Shown: positions 10,127-19,068, numbered from the stretch's first letter. The stretch: DNA of 56,726 nucleotides from a virus (IMGVR_UViG_3300032333_000153:1-56726); one strand, 5' to 3'. The notes: generated from the sequence alone by a model not told the origin. Made by a program: numbers and translations.

Positions 10127-11020
10127 ATGGCCAGTTCTTTCACTACGAACAAGAACATCGAGAAGCCCGGCTACAACGACTACGCCGCCAACCCGACAGG
10201 CTGGTCTGGTCCAATCAACGCCGACTGGGACATCATCGATAGGGGCTTTGGCGGCGTTCTGTCGAAATCCACGACTGGCGGCACGACAAACCTGACTATC
10301 ACCGAGACCCAGAATCTCGTCCTTTTGATTTCTGGAACGCTCGCTTCTAACGCCATCTTTACGCTACCCCTAAACACCGCCTCAACGGGCATTGTCGCTG
10401 GTCAGTGGATCATCAAGAACGCCACTTCTGGCAGCTTTACGGTCACCTTTGCCCCCACGTCAGGCGGAGGTACGTCTATCGCCATCCCGCAGGGTCAGGT
10501 CAAAGTTATCTTTTCTGACGGCACAAATGTCGCAGAAACAGTGTCTATTCCGTCTCAGTTTCCATCTGGCACAGCAATGTTGTTTGCACAAACTTCTGCT
10601 CCAACAGGATGGACAAAATCAACGACGCACGACAACAAGGCTTTGCGTGTCGTGAGCGGGGCGGCCTCAAGCGGCGGCTCTGTTGCTTTTACGACGGCGT
10701 TCGCGTCGCAGTCAGTCACCGGTACGGTTGGCGGGACTTCGCTGAGCATATCTCAGATCCCTGCGCACCGGCATTATGTTTTTCTGAACTCCGGGGCATC
10801 GAACGATCAGATCTCGGGTGAGGCTCGCTCACAGGTAGCGTATACGTCTGGCAACCCTGCGTCCGGGTATTACATACGCGGCAATGACACAGTAAGCGAA
10901 CCTACTTTGGGTCCGAGCGGCGCGGCTGGGTCTGGCGGATCCCACGACCATACGTTCACCGGGACAGCCATCAACCTCGCCGTTGCCTATGTCGATGTCA
11001 TCATCGCGACAAAGGATTAA
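10127..11020 (+). CDS. Tail fiber protein with collar-like C-terminal domain
   Basis: FPSGTAMLFAQTSAPTGW, LSISQIPAHRH, GGSHDHTF, YVDVIIATKD. Confidence 0.75.
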   Translation: MASSFTTNKNIEKPGYNDYAANPTGWSGPINADWDIIDRGFGGVLSKSTTGGTTNLTITETQNLVLLISGTLASNAIFTLPLNTASTGIVAGQWIIKNATSGSFTVTFAPTSGGGTSIAIPQGQVKVIFSDGTNVAETVSIPSQFPSGTAMLFAQTSAPTGWTKSTTHDNKALRVVSGAASSGGSVAFTTAFASQSVTGTVGGTSLSISQIPAHRHYVFLNSGASNDQISGEARSQVAYTSGNPASGYYIRGNDTVSEPTLGPSGAAGSGGSHDHTFTGTAINLAVAYVDVIIATKD

Positions 11021-11022
11021 AC

Positions 11023-11307
11023 ATGGAACTTAAGAACGGATCGTTCTGCCCGCTCATCAAAAAGGACTGCGTGCAGCTCAAGTGCGCTTGGTTCACGATG
11101 CTGCGCGGCACGAACCCCAACACTGGCAAGGAAGTGGATGAGTGGATGTGCGCAGTAACCGCGCTTCCACTCTTGCAGATCGAAGTTGCAAAAGAGGCTC
11201 GCCAAGGTGCGGCTGCGACTGAGAGCTTCCGCAACGAGATGGTAAAGGCCAACCAGCAAAACGGGATTGTCGCCTCGCTGATAAGCACTCGGTCTTTGCT
11301 GGAGTAG
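11023..11307 (+). CDS. Tail-fiber-associated Cys-containing protein
   Basis: CPLIKKDC...CAWF...AATESFRNEMVK; directly follows the fiber gene. Confidence 0.55.
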   Translation: MELKNGSFCPLIKKDCVQLKCAWFTMLRGTNPNTGKEVDEWMCAVTALPLLQIEVAKEARQGAAATESFRNEMVKANQQNGIVASLISTRSLLE

Positions 11308-11310
11308 CGA

Positions 11311-11336
11311 AAAGACCCCCGGTGGTAAGCCGGGGG
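11311..11336 (-). terminator. Rho-independent terminator at the convergence of + and - gene blocks
   Basis: Minus strand: CCCCCGG-cttacca-CCGGGGG-TCTTTT. Confidence 0.8.
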
Positions 11337-11440
11337 CCAAGTCAGGGACACAGACAGGGTTAATCAGAGGAGGCTGATTAGCGCCTGCGAATAAGGCACC
11401 GAGAACATCCCGATGCCCTTCGGCTCGCGCCGAAGATCTG
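11311..11440 (-). ncRNA. Candidate multi-hairpin sRNA with a CCUCCU (anti-SD) loop, cuckoo/alpha-r14-like
   Basis: Hairpins CUUCGGC-GCGA-GCCGAAG, GGCAUCGGGA-ugu-UCUCGGUGCC and UAAUCAG-CCUCCU-CUGAUUA, then UCCCUGACUUGG and the terminator. Confidence 0.5.
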
Positions 11441-11445
11441 CGAGT

Positions 11446-11991
11446 TTACATCCTTCTCGCTGTAATCATAGCCGCATAACGCTGCTTGTACCGCTCGGCG
11501 TTGCGATTGAGTTTCTTGTTCCATCCACCGACGCCCGCCACATGGCACCGAGCCATTTCCTGTGCCGTGCGGACGCCGTGCCTAATGCACATCTCCATAT
11601 GAGAAATCCCGGCGGCCACGCCATACTCGCACTCGTGGAGCCTAGAGGGGTTGTATCCCAGCCCTCTTGCTGATGCCGGCATGACCTGCATCACGCCCTT
11701 TGCACGCCCGTGGCGGGTGGATGGGCCGGTGGCGCGGCAGTTAAACCCGCTCTCCAATTTAGCTATGCGTAGAGCAGTATCCACCCACTGTGGACCCAGC
11801 TTTTGCGCCGCCTGCCGGGCGACGATCTTCTGCACTTCGCCCCGCGCTGCGGGGGCTGATGGTGCGGTCTGGACTTGAGCGTCCCTCCAGTTTCCTGACC
11901 TGTCACGCGCAAAGAACTCGGCAGAGGACATTTCTGCAAATGCTGGCGCTGAAGACGCCAAGAGGGCCACAATCACGATAAGCGCTCGCAT
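11446..11991 (-). CDS. Secreted lytic transglycosylase (SLT domain)
   Basis: Signal peptide MRALIVIVALLASSAPAFA; IAKLESGF (catalytic Glu) and AKGVMQVMPASA motifs. Confidence 0.8.
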   Translation of the reverse strand: MRALIVIVALLASSAPAFAEMSSAEFFARDRSGNWRDAQVQTAPSAPAARGEVQKIVARQAAQKLGPQWVDTALRIAKLESGFNCRATGPSTRHGRAKGVMQVMPASARGLGYNPSRLHECEYGVAAGISHMEMCIRHGVRTAQEMARCHVAGVGGWNKKLNRNAERYKQRYAAMITARRM

Positions 11992-12056
11992 GCTAACTCC
12001 TGTTGCTGGCAGGACCATTCACTCCATAGGCACTGCGGTTGACGAAAAATGCTTTC

Positions 12057-12230
12057 TCACTTGCCGTACTTTTTCTCTATCTCTTCAAGAGTTAGAGACT
12101 TCACTTCAGCCAGCGTCACTGGCTTTAGGTCACTCTGGGTCTTGCTCTTCGCCGCGCCAGCGATGGCCTTCTGGCGTCTCTTCTCCGGGCTGTAGTTGCC
12201 CCGGTGCTGGCGCAGGGAGACTGGCTTCAT
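12057..12230 (-). CDS. Small basic hypothetical protein
   Basis: MKPVSLRQH...KPVTL...; RBS GAAGGAG. Confidence 0.5.
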   Translation of the reverse strand: MKPVSLRQHRGNYSPEKRRQKAIAGAAKSKTQSDLKPVTLAEVKSLTLEEIEKKYGK

Positions 12231-12318
12231 GCTTGCTCCTTCCGGCAATAGCTTGTCCACACCCGATACAGACGTTTGCAGGGTCTAGCCTGCAAACGCC
12301 GATGCACGGTGTCCTCAC
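12130..12318 (-). CDS. DUF1289-like Cys-rich (Fe-S) peptide, probably truncated or degenerate
   Basis: TPCIGVCRLD...CIGCG N-terminus; the remainder overlaps the next gene. Confidence 0.4.
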   Translation of the reverse strand: MRTPCIGVCRLDPANVCIGCGQAIAGRSKHEASLPAPAPGQLQPGEETPEGHRWRGEEQDPE

Positions 12319-12506
12319 TTCTGTTTAGACTCAAACACCCGCAACGCTATAGTCAAAGCAGAGTTGTACGAAACATCAAGCCCCATTGATTCCTTGACGT
12401 TCTTTCGGATCACATCAAGCCTATCGACGTTATCCTTGGATATTGAGATGATTTTTGGCTTGCCAATGTTCTTCTTTGGGCGGCCAAGTTTAGCAATTTT
12501 CGCCAT
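12315..12506 (-). CDS. Small DNA-binding protein (GRPKK plus ribbon-helix-helix-like)
   Basis: LGRPKK...IISISKDNVDRL...VSYNSAL; AT-rich segment. Confidence 0.45.
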   Translation of the reverse strand: MAKIAKLGRPKKNIGKPKIISISKDNVDRLDVIRKNVKESMGLDVSYNSALTIALRVFESKQK

Positions 12507-12951
12507 CTTCAAACCTCGCTGTTTGTGCGCCACGTTGCTGGTTCTGATATTTGCCCCTGTAGGGCAGCTCTGTCGGTTCAGACAGAAGGTGGAAGATCAC
12601 CTGAGCGATGGGCGATCCAGATTCGATCAGGATCTCGCTGTAGCCGTGGTTTGTTAACTCTAATGTTAACCACCCCTGCCATCCGGGCTCGATCACAGTG
12701 TTCTGCACGGCGAGACCTTGGCGCGCCCACGTCGATTTGTCGTGGACGAAGCCGATGACATCGTCGTGCATGGTGAAGCGCTCCACCGTTGACGCCAGCG
12801 CAAACGCCCCCGGCTTCAGCAAGATGTACTCCGCTATCCTTACGTCGTACCCTGCGGGTCCGAGCCCGTATGTCATGCCGTTCGCCACCGCCCTCTCCGA
12901 AAACGGATCAATAATGCCCGCCTCTCTGAGTATTCTTGGAACTAGGATCAT
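12490..12951 (-). CDS. dcd: dCTP deaminase (trimeric dUTPase superfamily)
   Basis: PAGYDVRI, DKSTWARQGL, VIEPGWQGWLTLEL, IAQVIF, YRGKYQNQ. Confidence 0.85.
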   Translation of the reverse strand: MILVPRILREAGIIDPFSERAVANGMTYGLGPAGYDVRIAEYILLKPGAFALASTVERFTMHDDVIGFVHDKSTWARQGLAVQNTVIEPGWQGWLTLELTNHGYSEILIESGSPIAQVIFHLLSEPTELPYRGKYQNQQRGAQTARFEDGENC

Positions 12952-13375
12952 GCCGAACCTTCCCTTGTAGCCTCTTGTTGTTCGTGTACGCCCACGAGTT
13001 GGCCTTGTGGACCGCATACACAGAACTGGAGTGGTCGCACTGCATCAGCTTGCCGATCTTCGGGTGCGACCAGCCCCGCAGGTACAGAACCCAAGTTATC
13101 GCTCTCCTGCACATGCAGATGCGATGTCGGCGCCCCTTCCCTATTACGGCGAACCAAGAAACATTGTACGCCAGCAACATCGAAACGATTGAGGATCTCA
13201 CGTCCGACGCTACGGCTGGCATGCCGTAGGCCAAAAGTGCAATCTTGCGCTGCTCTTTGCTGAGAGAGCTTTCTTCAGTCTTTGGCGGTATCTTGATTGA
13301 GACGACAGACGCACGTCTCGGCGCTATGCGGTTCTTGACTGCCGCATAGTGCGCAATCAGCTCTTGGGCGTTCAT
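12908..13375 (-). CDS. DnaA C-terminal-like HTH DNA-binding protein
   Basis: SHPKIGKLMQCDHSSSVYAVHK resembles DnaA domain IV (S..IG..F.RDHTTV.HA..K). Confidence 0.7.
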   Translation of the reverse strand: MNAQELIAHYAAVKNRIAPRRASVVSIKIPPKTEESSLSKEQRKIALLAYGMPAVASDVRSSIVSMLLAYNVSWFAVIGKGRRHRICMCRRAITWVLYLRGWSHPKIGKLMQCDHSSSVYAVHKANSWAYTNNKRLQGKVRHDPSSKNTQRGGHY

Positions 13376-13602
13376 TCAGATCGCTTCCCTATCACCCGGT
13401 CGCGAATGTACTGGCGGAGCATCGTTTCTGTTGAGATCGCCACATCGTACTCAGACCAGACATCTGTCGGGTTCTCGTGCGGGCGATCCATCACCGAGCA
13501 CCACGCCTCCCACAGCTCGGGATTGGCGACGTGGCACGGCTCGTTACTCGCTCCCTCCATCGGGAGGGACAGTAGAAGATCCATTGCTGTCAGCGGCCCC
13601 AT
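13372..13602 (-). CDS. Hypothetical protein
   Basis: ORF track; coupled to its neighbours. Confidence 0.4.
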   Translation of the reverse strand: MGPLTAMDLLLSLPMEGASNEPCHVANPELWEAWCSVMDRPHENPTDVWSEYDVAISTETMLRQYIRDRVIGKRSE

Positions 13603-13855
13603 ATCTCATCTCCGATGCGAAAGCTAAGTAGTTGATGGCGTCCAGATAGTTGTCGCGCTTGTCCCGGTTGCCGGACATGCGCGCGAGCTTCGTGGCCACA
13701 AGGACCATGGCGACATCATACGCCGTGACCATGCGACCGGTCGCCAGCGAGGCGATGATGGCGATCTTGGTGAAGTTATTCTCAATCCCGCCGTAGTCTT
13801 CTCCGCGCTCACCGATCAGGTCAGCGCACTCCTTAAGCGCTCTGTGCGGATCCAT
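13544..13855 (-). CDS. DUF6378-like phage protein
   Basis: RGEDYG..ENNF..IA...VAM.L...KLAR...DNYLDAINY. Confidence 0.7.
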   Translation of the reverse strand: MDPHRALKECADLIGERGEDYGGIENNFTKIAIIASLATGRMVTAYDVAMVLVATKLARMSGNRDKRDNYLDAINYLAFASEMRYGAADSNGSSTVPPDGGSE

Positions 13856-14110
13856 TCACCTCTCCTCAAGCACGCGGATCTTGCCGATGAAAGAACAGTT
13901 TATGATGCTAGTGCCGCGAAACTTGTACTTCCCAGCAGACTGGAAGCGATCCTCCGCATCGTAGTAGTATTCACTCACCATGATGTAGTCGTGCTTGTGC
14001 AAAAGAAAGTAGAACTCATCGATTGAGTTGATCCCCTTTATTTCGCACGTAATCTGATGGACCGGCTTACCTTGGTTTGATGGCATGTGCATTGTCAGAA
14101 GAAACTTCAT
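13856..14110 (-). CDS. Hypothetical protein
   Basis: 84 aa, RBS AAGGAG, own promoter upstream. Confidence 0.6.
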   Translation of the reverse strand: MKFLLTMHMPSNQGKPVHQITCEIKGINSIDEFYFLLHKHDYIMVSEYYYDAEDRFQSAGKYKFRGTSIINCSFIGKIRVLEER

Positions 14111-14138
14111 CTCATCTCCTTAACTCGAGAACGATCCA

Positions 14139-14215
14139 AACATACGCGCAGGCCGGCGAAGGCGTCAAGGACAAAATGTCTCGCAATTGACCCCGCAGAC
14201 AATTTGTCTTAGTTT
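14139..14215. promoter_or_regulatory. Divergent sigma70 promoters with two GACAAWWTGTC operators
   Basis: (+) TTGACC 14187-92, 17 bp, TAGTTT; (-) TTGACG 14168-63, 18 bp, TATGTT; dyads at 14170-14180 and 14198-14208. Confidence 0.65.
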
Positions 14216-14237
14216 CCCGTCAGATAAGGGGTGACGC

Positions 14238-14435
14238 ATGTCTGTTGTGAACTGGGACTTGATCGAGCAGATCGCTCATGAGCTTGGGGTGACGAAGTAC
14301 GCCACCGCCAAGTGGCGGCAGCGCGGGCAAGTCCCCTACAAGTGGCGTCTGCCGATTGTCCTGAAGTCAGACGGGCGGATCCGCTGGGACCAGTACCACA
14401 AGATGGACAATCAGCGCCGTAGGGACGTTAACTGA
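14238..14435 (+). CDS. Cro/CI-like HTH regulator
   Basis: IAHELGVTKYATAKWRQRGQVP; the only + gene in the - block. Confidence 0.7.
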   Translation: MSVVNWDLIEQIAHELGVTKYATAKWRQRGQVPYKWRLPIVLKSDGRIRWDQYHKMDNQRRRDVN

Positions 14436-14734
14436 GCCTTCGCGCTCTCTTGGCCGTGCGCGACAATCACCGTGTGGCCGATTGAGATCAGGTACTCTCG
14501 CCAGTCCTTTTGCTTTTCGCCCAAGGTTCCGCCCTTGGCGCTCTTCATCTCAACCCAGACGCTCCATGCCGGGATGAACAAGTCGGGCACCCCGGCAGAC
14601 ACGCCCTCGGCCTTGAGGCGCGCCCCTGTGGCGATGCTGCGGGCTCCGCCATTGGGGATGGCGAAGATCCGCACGCCGGGGTGGTTCTTGCGGAACCACG
14701 AGACGAACTCACGCTGCTCAAGGTGTTCGCTCAA
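14411..14734 (-). CDS. VRR-NUC domain nuclease
   Basis: SEHLEQ, FAIPNGG.R, EGVSAGVPDL, WVEMK, QKDW. Confidence 0.85.
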   Translation of the reverse strand: MSEHLEQREFVSWFRKNHPGVRIFAIPNGGARSIATGARLKAEGVSAGVPDLFIPAWSVWVEMKSAKGGTLGEKQKDWREYLISIGHTVIVAHGQESAKAQLTSLRR

Positions 14735-14928
14735 AACGGAAGCTCCTGCACCCACTTCTCGCAAGCGTCTGTCGTTGCAGCAAATTCAGGCGGTGGCGTC
14801 ATGTTAAACACGATGCACTCGCCCTTCAGGCTGTAGTTATCGCACGTATGGCAGCAGCGCGGCGGACCCTTTTGGATCCACTCGCGCCACGCAACGACAA
14901 AGTCGGGCTCAGACGGTTTCTGCGACAT
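14731..14928 (-). CDS. Small Cys-rich protein
   Basis: PRCCHTCDNY...C...C..W. Confidence 0.55.
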   Translation of the reverse strand: MSQKPSEPDFVVAWREWIQKGPPRCCHTCDNYSLKGECIVFNMTPPPEFAATTDACEKWVQELPF

Positions 14929-16522
14929 TCCACTCCCTCTTAATCACGCGAAAATACTTCCCATCGAGGCGATATTCAATCTGCTTTGGTGGCCGGCCAG
15001 CATTCATGTCTGTGACGATGGAGTCAAGAGGTCGCAAATTCAGGGACACTCCAATGGTAAGAACTTTGGCGCTACGAGCCAAAGAGCGCAGTTGCTTCTC
15101 CGCCTTGTCCCCCGCGTACCCATCGTACCCGATGGTGAGGTACTCCGTCACTGGCGGATCCGACAACGCGCCGTAGTACGTCACCGCGAGCATCTCCTTG
15201 CCGCTCGCCCGGCTGATGTGCTTGCGCCAGCGCCACGCTGACACATTCAGGACCGACCCCTCAATCCCCATGATGTCGATGTCGGACAGCTTCCACTTCT
15301 TCGGCGGCGGAGCTGGGAATGGCGTGCCGCACGACGGGCAGACCTTTGCGCTGGGGTGGCACAACTCGCCGCACTCCTCGCAGACCTTCACAGGAGGCTC
15401 GCCAGATGCCTCTCCCTTCTTCTTGGGTGGCCTGACAGCGGTGATGGGGCCGTGCGTCTCCACGACGCCCGCAAAGTCGAGGATGAGGCAGTGGTCCGTG
15501 TGCGACTTTGGTCGCATGCCACGGCCCGCCATCTGCACGTACAGGCTGGGGCTCATGGTGGGGCGCACCATCGCGATCAGGTCGATGTCCGGGTAGTCGA
15601 ACCCTGTCGTCAGGACGTTGGCGTTGGTGAGCGCTTGGATCCTGCCGGCCTTGAAGTCGTTCAGGATCTGCTCGCGCTCCGCCTTGGGCGTCTTGCCGGT
15701 CACGCACTGGGCCTCGACGCCGCAGTCACGAAGTATCTGCGCCATGTTGTTGGCGTGCTTGACGCCAGTGCAGAAGAACAGCCACGCCTTGCGGTCGCCG
15801 GCACGCTCGATGACCTCGCGCACCACGGCTTCGTTGGTGAGCTTTTTGTCCACGGCGGCCTGCAACTCGGATTCAATGAAGTCGCCGCCGCGCTGGTGGA
15901 CCTTGGACACGTCCAGCTTGTTCTCAGTGGTTTTGCTCCGCAGCTTGGCGAGGAAGCCCTTGTAGATCAGCTCCTCGATACTGACTGAATCCAGCAGAGC
16001 GTGGAACAGCGCAGGCTCGTCGGTGATGAGCCCGTGGCCTAGCCGGTACGGCGTGGCGGTGAGCCCCACGACGCGCAGGCGGGGATTGATGGCGGTCAGC
16101 TCCCGGATCAGTTTGCGGTAGCCGCCCTCGTTCTTGTGAGAGACGAGGTGGCACTCGTCGATAATCACCAGATCAATGTGGCCGACCTCTGAGGCCCGAT
16201 CACGAATGGACTGGATGCCCGCGAAGGTGATCGGCTCCTCCAGATCCTTGCGCCGCAGGCTGGCGGAGAACACGCCCAGCGGAGCGCCGGGCCAGTGCTG
16301 AAGCATCTTCTCGGAGTTCTGCTCGATCAGCTCCTTGACGTGCGTCAGCATGAGGATGCGCGTCTCGGGGTAGGTCTGGAGCGCTCCCTTACACAGGGCG
16401 GCGATGATGTGGCTCTTGCCTGCGCCAGTCGGAAGCACGAGGCACGGGTTGCCCCCGTTGCCGGCCTCAAACCAAGCGTAGAGTTCGTCTATGACGCGCT
16501 GCTGATAGCCTCGGAGATTCAT
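14909..16522 (-). CDS. Superfamily II DNA helicase (SSL2/YejH-like) with C-terminal Zn finger
   Basis: LPTGAGKS, IIDECH, GLTATPYR, LTTGFD, QMAGRGMR, CEEC...CPSC. Confidence 0.92.
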   Translation of the reverse strand: MNLRGYQQRVIDELYAWFEAGNGGNPCLVLPTGAGKSHIIAALCKGALQTYPETRILMLTHVKELIEQNSEKMLQHWPGAPLGVFSASLRRKDLEEPITFAGIQSIRDRASEVGHIDLVIIDECHLVSHKNEGGYRKLIRELTAINPRLRVVGLTATPYRLGHGLITDEPALFHALLDSVSIEELIYKGFLAKLRSKTTENKLDVSKVHQRGGDFIESELQAAVDKKLTNEAVVREVIERAGDRKAWLFFCTGVKHANNMAQILRDCGVEAQCVTGKTPKAEREQILNDFKAGRIQALTNANVLTTGFDYPDIDLIAMVRPTMSPSLYVQMAGRGMRPKSHTDHCLILDFAGVVETHGPITAVRPPKKKGEASGEPPVKVCEECGELCHPSAKVCPSCGTPFPAPPPKKWKLSDIDIMGIEGSVLNVSAWRWRKHISRASGKEMLAVTYYGALSDPPVTEYLTIGYDGYAGDKAEKQLRSLARSAKVLTIGVSLNLRPLDSIVTDMNAGRPPKQIEYRLDGKYFRVIKREWNVAETV

Positions 16523-16926
16523 GGCTCACCCTCGACTGATTTCCATGCGTTTAGAATGTAGATCCTAGTGGAGCGAGCATGGCTTCGAGGATCTCTCATG
16601 GGCCTGTATTGAGAAGTCGGGATCAAAACTTTCTTTTTTATCAAGGTGTTTATAAGTGCTCCCCATGCGTTGGGGTGATTGGGCTCAAGGCCCAGCTCAG
16701 TGAGAGTTGCGCGAATGTCTTCCCCTGTGAGAAATTCGCCTTCTCTCCCTTTTAAAACTATGCGCAACCGATTTCGCACCGCTTCCATCCAAGGCAGGTT
16801 GGAAGCAGTGACTTTTTCCATCCCGTCTTTTTTGTTCTGCATCGATTTTTCAGCATCAAACTCAATCATCCGAACCCCCTTTTTTAGGATCTGGGTAGTC
16901 ACCTCACCACCTTTGCATCTGGCCAC
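16519..16926 (-). CDS. Winged-helix-like hypothetical protein (AT-rich insert)
   Basis: FLTGEDIR...PNHPNAWGA; lower GC than flanks; start uncertain. Confidence 0.5.
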   Translation of the reverse strand: MARCKGGEVTTQILKKGVRMIEFDAEKSMQNKKDGMEKVTASNLPWMEAVRNRLRIVLKGREGEFLTGEDIRATLTELGLEPNHPNAWGALINTLIKKKVLIPTSQYRPMRDPRSHARSTRIYILNAWKSVEGEP

Positions 16927-17912
16927 AGCTTCTTGATCTCGCTCACCACGCTACTGGCGCAGCCCTCTGGGTTGGCGACAATTTCAGTGGACGAGAAGCC
17001 GTCCCCACCATTCACGACCAGCTTGCCGTTGATGATATAGGTCAGAGACCACTCGTCAGGCTCGCCCAGCTTGGCGTTCCACGGCACCATGTCCGGATGC
17101 AGGACGTGCGCGTCGCAGCCTTTCAACTGATACTCAAACGGTATTCCTTCAGCGTCGAAGCGCTCGCACTTCCACGTCGAGTCCTCCTTCGGGGTCGAGT
17201 GAGCACAGGTGCGGCAATTGACGTGTTGCGTCGGTTGCTTCTCGTGGCACATCGCATGCGCCGGACAGAAGCGGCATTGATACCACGTCGGATCCGTTGA
17301 GATTGGCGGCGGCATCTCATCTGACAGGGCCAGCCGCTTACCGCGTGCGATCAGCTTCTCGGCGGCCTCCTTGTCGAACTTGACGCGCTCGATGTAGTAG
17401 CGATCATCATCCTTGCAGACCGCCACATACAGGGCGCGCTCGATGAATGTTCCCGCCATGTAAATCTGCATCTGGCCCCAGTGTTCGGGCTTAGCCTTCA
17501 ATACGCCTTCCTTCTCCAGCGCGTCGAAGCTCTTTTTGTTGTGCGTTTTGAACTCGGCGATGTGGCGGGTTTGCGGAGCCTCGGGAACGCCGCCCTCGAT
17601 GATGGCGTCGGCGCTTCCGGAGACATGCGACCCAAAGCTCACGTTCGCTTGTCGCTTGGAGAAGTCGATGCCGGTCATTGCGAGATCTTTCATGATCGTC
17701 GCCTCCTCGGCATGTCCACGCCGGAACAGGCGCAGCATGCGGCCTGAGAACTTCTCACGCGCCGCCCAGCGGAATGACAGCCAGATCCAGCGGTCGCACG
17801 GATGGCCGAGAATAGATGCGCCAAGGTGAGGGCGCGGCTTGTCTTCTTTGGCCTCATGCGCCTTGTCGATCAGCAGCACGATGTCATTCTTGGGTGGCGG
17901 GATGGGGGCCAT
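16899..17912 (-). CDS. PD-(D/E)xK exonuclease (Cas4/YqaJ-like recombination nuclease)
   Basis: HLGASILGHPCDR, SGSADAII, AEFKTH, QMQIYM, CRFC..C, CRTC. Confidence 0.85.
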   Translation of the reverse strand: MAPIPPPKNDIVLLIDKAHEAKEDKPRPHLGASILGHPCDRWIWLSFRWAAREKFSGRMLRLFRRGHAEEATIMKDLAMTGIDFSKRQANVSFGSHVSGSADAIIEGGVPEAPQTRHIAEFKTHNKKSFDALEKEGVLKAKPEHWGQMQIYMAGTFIERALYVAVCKDDDRYYIERVKFDKEAAEKLIARGKRLALSDEMPPPISTDPTWYQCRFCPAHAMCHEKQPTQHVNCRTCAHSTPKEDSTWKCERFDAEGIPFEYQLKGCDAHVLHPDMVPWNAKLGEPDEWSLTYIINGKLVVNGGDGFSSTEIVANPEGCASSVVSEIKKLWPDAKVVR

Positions 17913-18110
17913 TTACTTCGTCTCCTGACTGACTGCTGTCTTCATGTTGCCGCTCACGTACTGCTCGACAGTCGTAAACATGCTTTCGCAGCTCTTGCAC
18001 TTTCGCCGGCGGAACGTCTTTCCGTCATGCGAGCGCGTCATCACCACGCCGCTGCGCGTGTCGTGACAGTGTGGGCAGTGGACGCCTACTTGATTGTATT
18101 TGTCGGGCAT
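17913..18110 (-). CDS. NrdR N-terminal-like zinc ribbon protein
   Basis: CPHC...SR...RRRKCKSC...FTTVE. Confidence 0.7.
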   Translation of the reverse strand: MPDKYNQVGVHCPHCHDTRSGVVMTRSHDGKTFRRRKCKSCESMFTTVEQYVSGNMKTAVSQETK

Positions 18111-18325
18111 GGCGATGCATCCTGTTCAGAAAGGGCCTTGCTCGCGATCTCCTGCGCGTAGGGCAAACTGTTGGCGTTTAGTATGAGCTTAAGAGCTTCG
18201 CACAGGCGTTCAATTTTGTCGGCGGCGTCGCCCCAAGTGAAAAAGTGAAAGCCTTCGGGCAAATCGGAAATGCCGTACAAGCCGACCTCATCCTGTGTGC
18301 GCAGGTTCTCTATAATGTCGCTCAT
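18086..18325 (-). CDS. Hypothetical protein
   Basis: MSDIIENLR...DAADKIERL, a common small phage protein pattern. Confidence 0.55.
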   Translation of the reverse strand: MSDIIENLRTQDEVGLYGISDLPEGFHFFTWGDAADKIERLCEALKLILNANSLPYAQEIASKALSEQDASPCPTNTIK

Positions 18326-18516
18326 CGTTTCCCCTCCTCTTCAAGAGCAACGCGTGCAGATCGCCCGCAGGACGGAACGAACTCGTCAACGTAGCACTCG
18401 CAATCACCGCAGCGGCAAGCGTAGGTTGCCAGAGCTTTGCGCAGGCGTTTGATCTCGTCATGCGCCTCTTCTAGTCGGACGATGTAGTCCTGAAAGCAGA
18501 CGCAATTGTCGCTCAT
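18322..18516 (-). CDS. Small hypothetical protein
   Basis: EAHDEIKRLRKAL...ARVALEEE; ATGA coupling. Confidence 0.5.
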   Translation of the reverse strand: MSDNCVCFQDYIVRLEEAHDEIKRLRKALATYACRCGDCECYVDEFVPSCGRSARVALEEEGKR

Positions 18517-18719
18517 GACTTTTTCTCCTCTCCAAGGGGCGTGTCGCGCATCTCTTTCAAGCCCGACGCATCCATGTGGTCGATGATGCAGAACACGCAG
18601 TACCGTCTCTCCTGCTTGCGCTCTACAGACACCGCTCTGACATGGATGATGGCGGAGTGCCGGCCGTGAACGTCGCACTGCCGCGTTGGCAGTCCTATGG
18701 TGATTTCGTTGTCCATCAT
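18513..18719 (-). CDS. Small Cys/His hypothetical protein
   Basis: CDVHG...YCVFC; ATGA coupling. Confidence 0.45.
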   Translation of the reverse strand: MMDNEITIGLPTRQCDVHGRHSAIIHVRAVSVERKQERRYCVFCIIDHMDASGLKEMRDTPLGEEKKS

Positions 18720-18913
18720 TTCTTCTCCTGTAGTGCTGTCGCGGGGATGAAAATACGCGGCCCTACAAAAACTGATCCACTGCATGTTTTGTCGTCGTTC
18801 TTTTCATCGTGGCGTCGAACGATGCCGCACCGTTTGCAGCACGTTAGATTGCGGTACATTGTCCACTCGTGGTGCAATGGACTGTCTTTCATCTTTATTT
18901 TTTCCTCGTTCAT
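18716..18913 (-). CDS. Small hypothetical protein
   Basis: HHEW...CCKRCG; ATGA coupling. Confidence 0.4.
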   Translation of the reverse strand: MNEEKIKMKDSPLHHEWTMYRNLTCCKRCGIVRRHDEKNDDKTCSGSVFVGPRIFIPATALQEKK

Positions 18914-19068
18914 TTTGGCACACACATTGATTTTTGAAGCGAAAACACACGGCTGTTTTTCTGGACAAACTCCATCGCAGCTTCGCATCTTTGCTGCGAT
19001 GAGAACTCTTGTGTTGTTATGCTTTGGCCGTTGTAAACAGATGATATGACAATCAGAACATACATCAT
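18910..19068 (-). CDS. Small exported/membrane peptide
   Basis: MMYVLIVISS...EFSSQQRCEAA...CVPK. Confidence 0.5.
   Translation of the reverse strand: MMYVLIVISSVYNGQSITTQEFSSQQRCEAAMEFVQKNSRVFSLQKSMCVPK

Noticed and set aside
12490-12951. dCTP deaminase plus glycosyltransferase as a DNA hypermodification pathway
   Set aside because: I recognised no thymidylate-synthase-like, hydroxymethylase, kinase or phage DNA polymerase gene, and the GT lies among fiber genes and carries TPRs.
16899-17912. Cas4-like nuclease as evidence for CRISPR-Cas
   Set aside because: It sits in a standard phage recombination module with the AAA ATPase, SSB and helicase; no cas1/cas2 or array was found.
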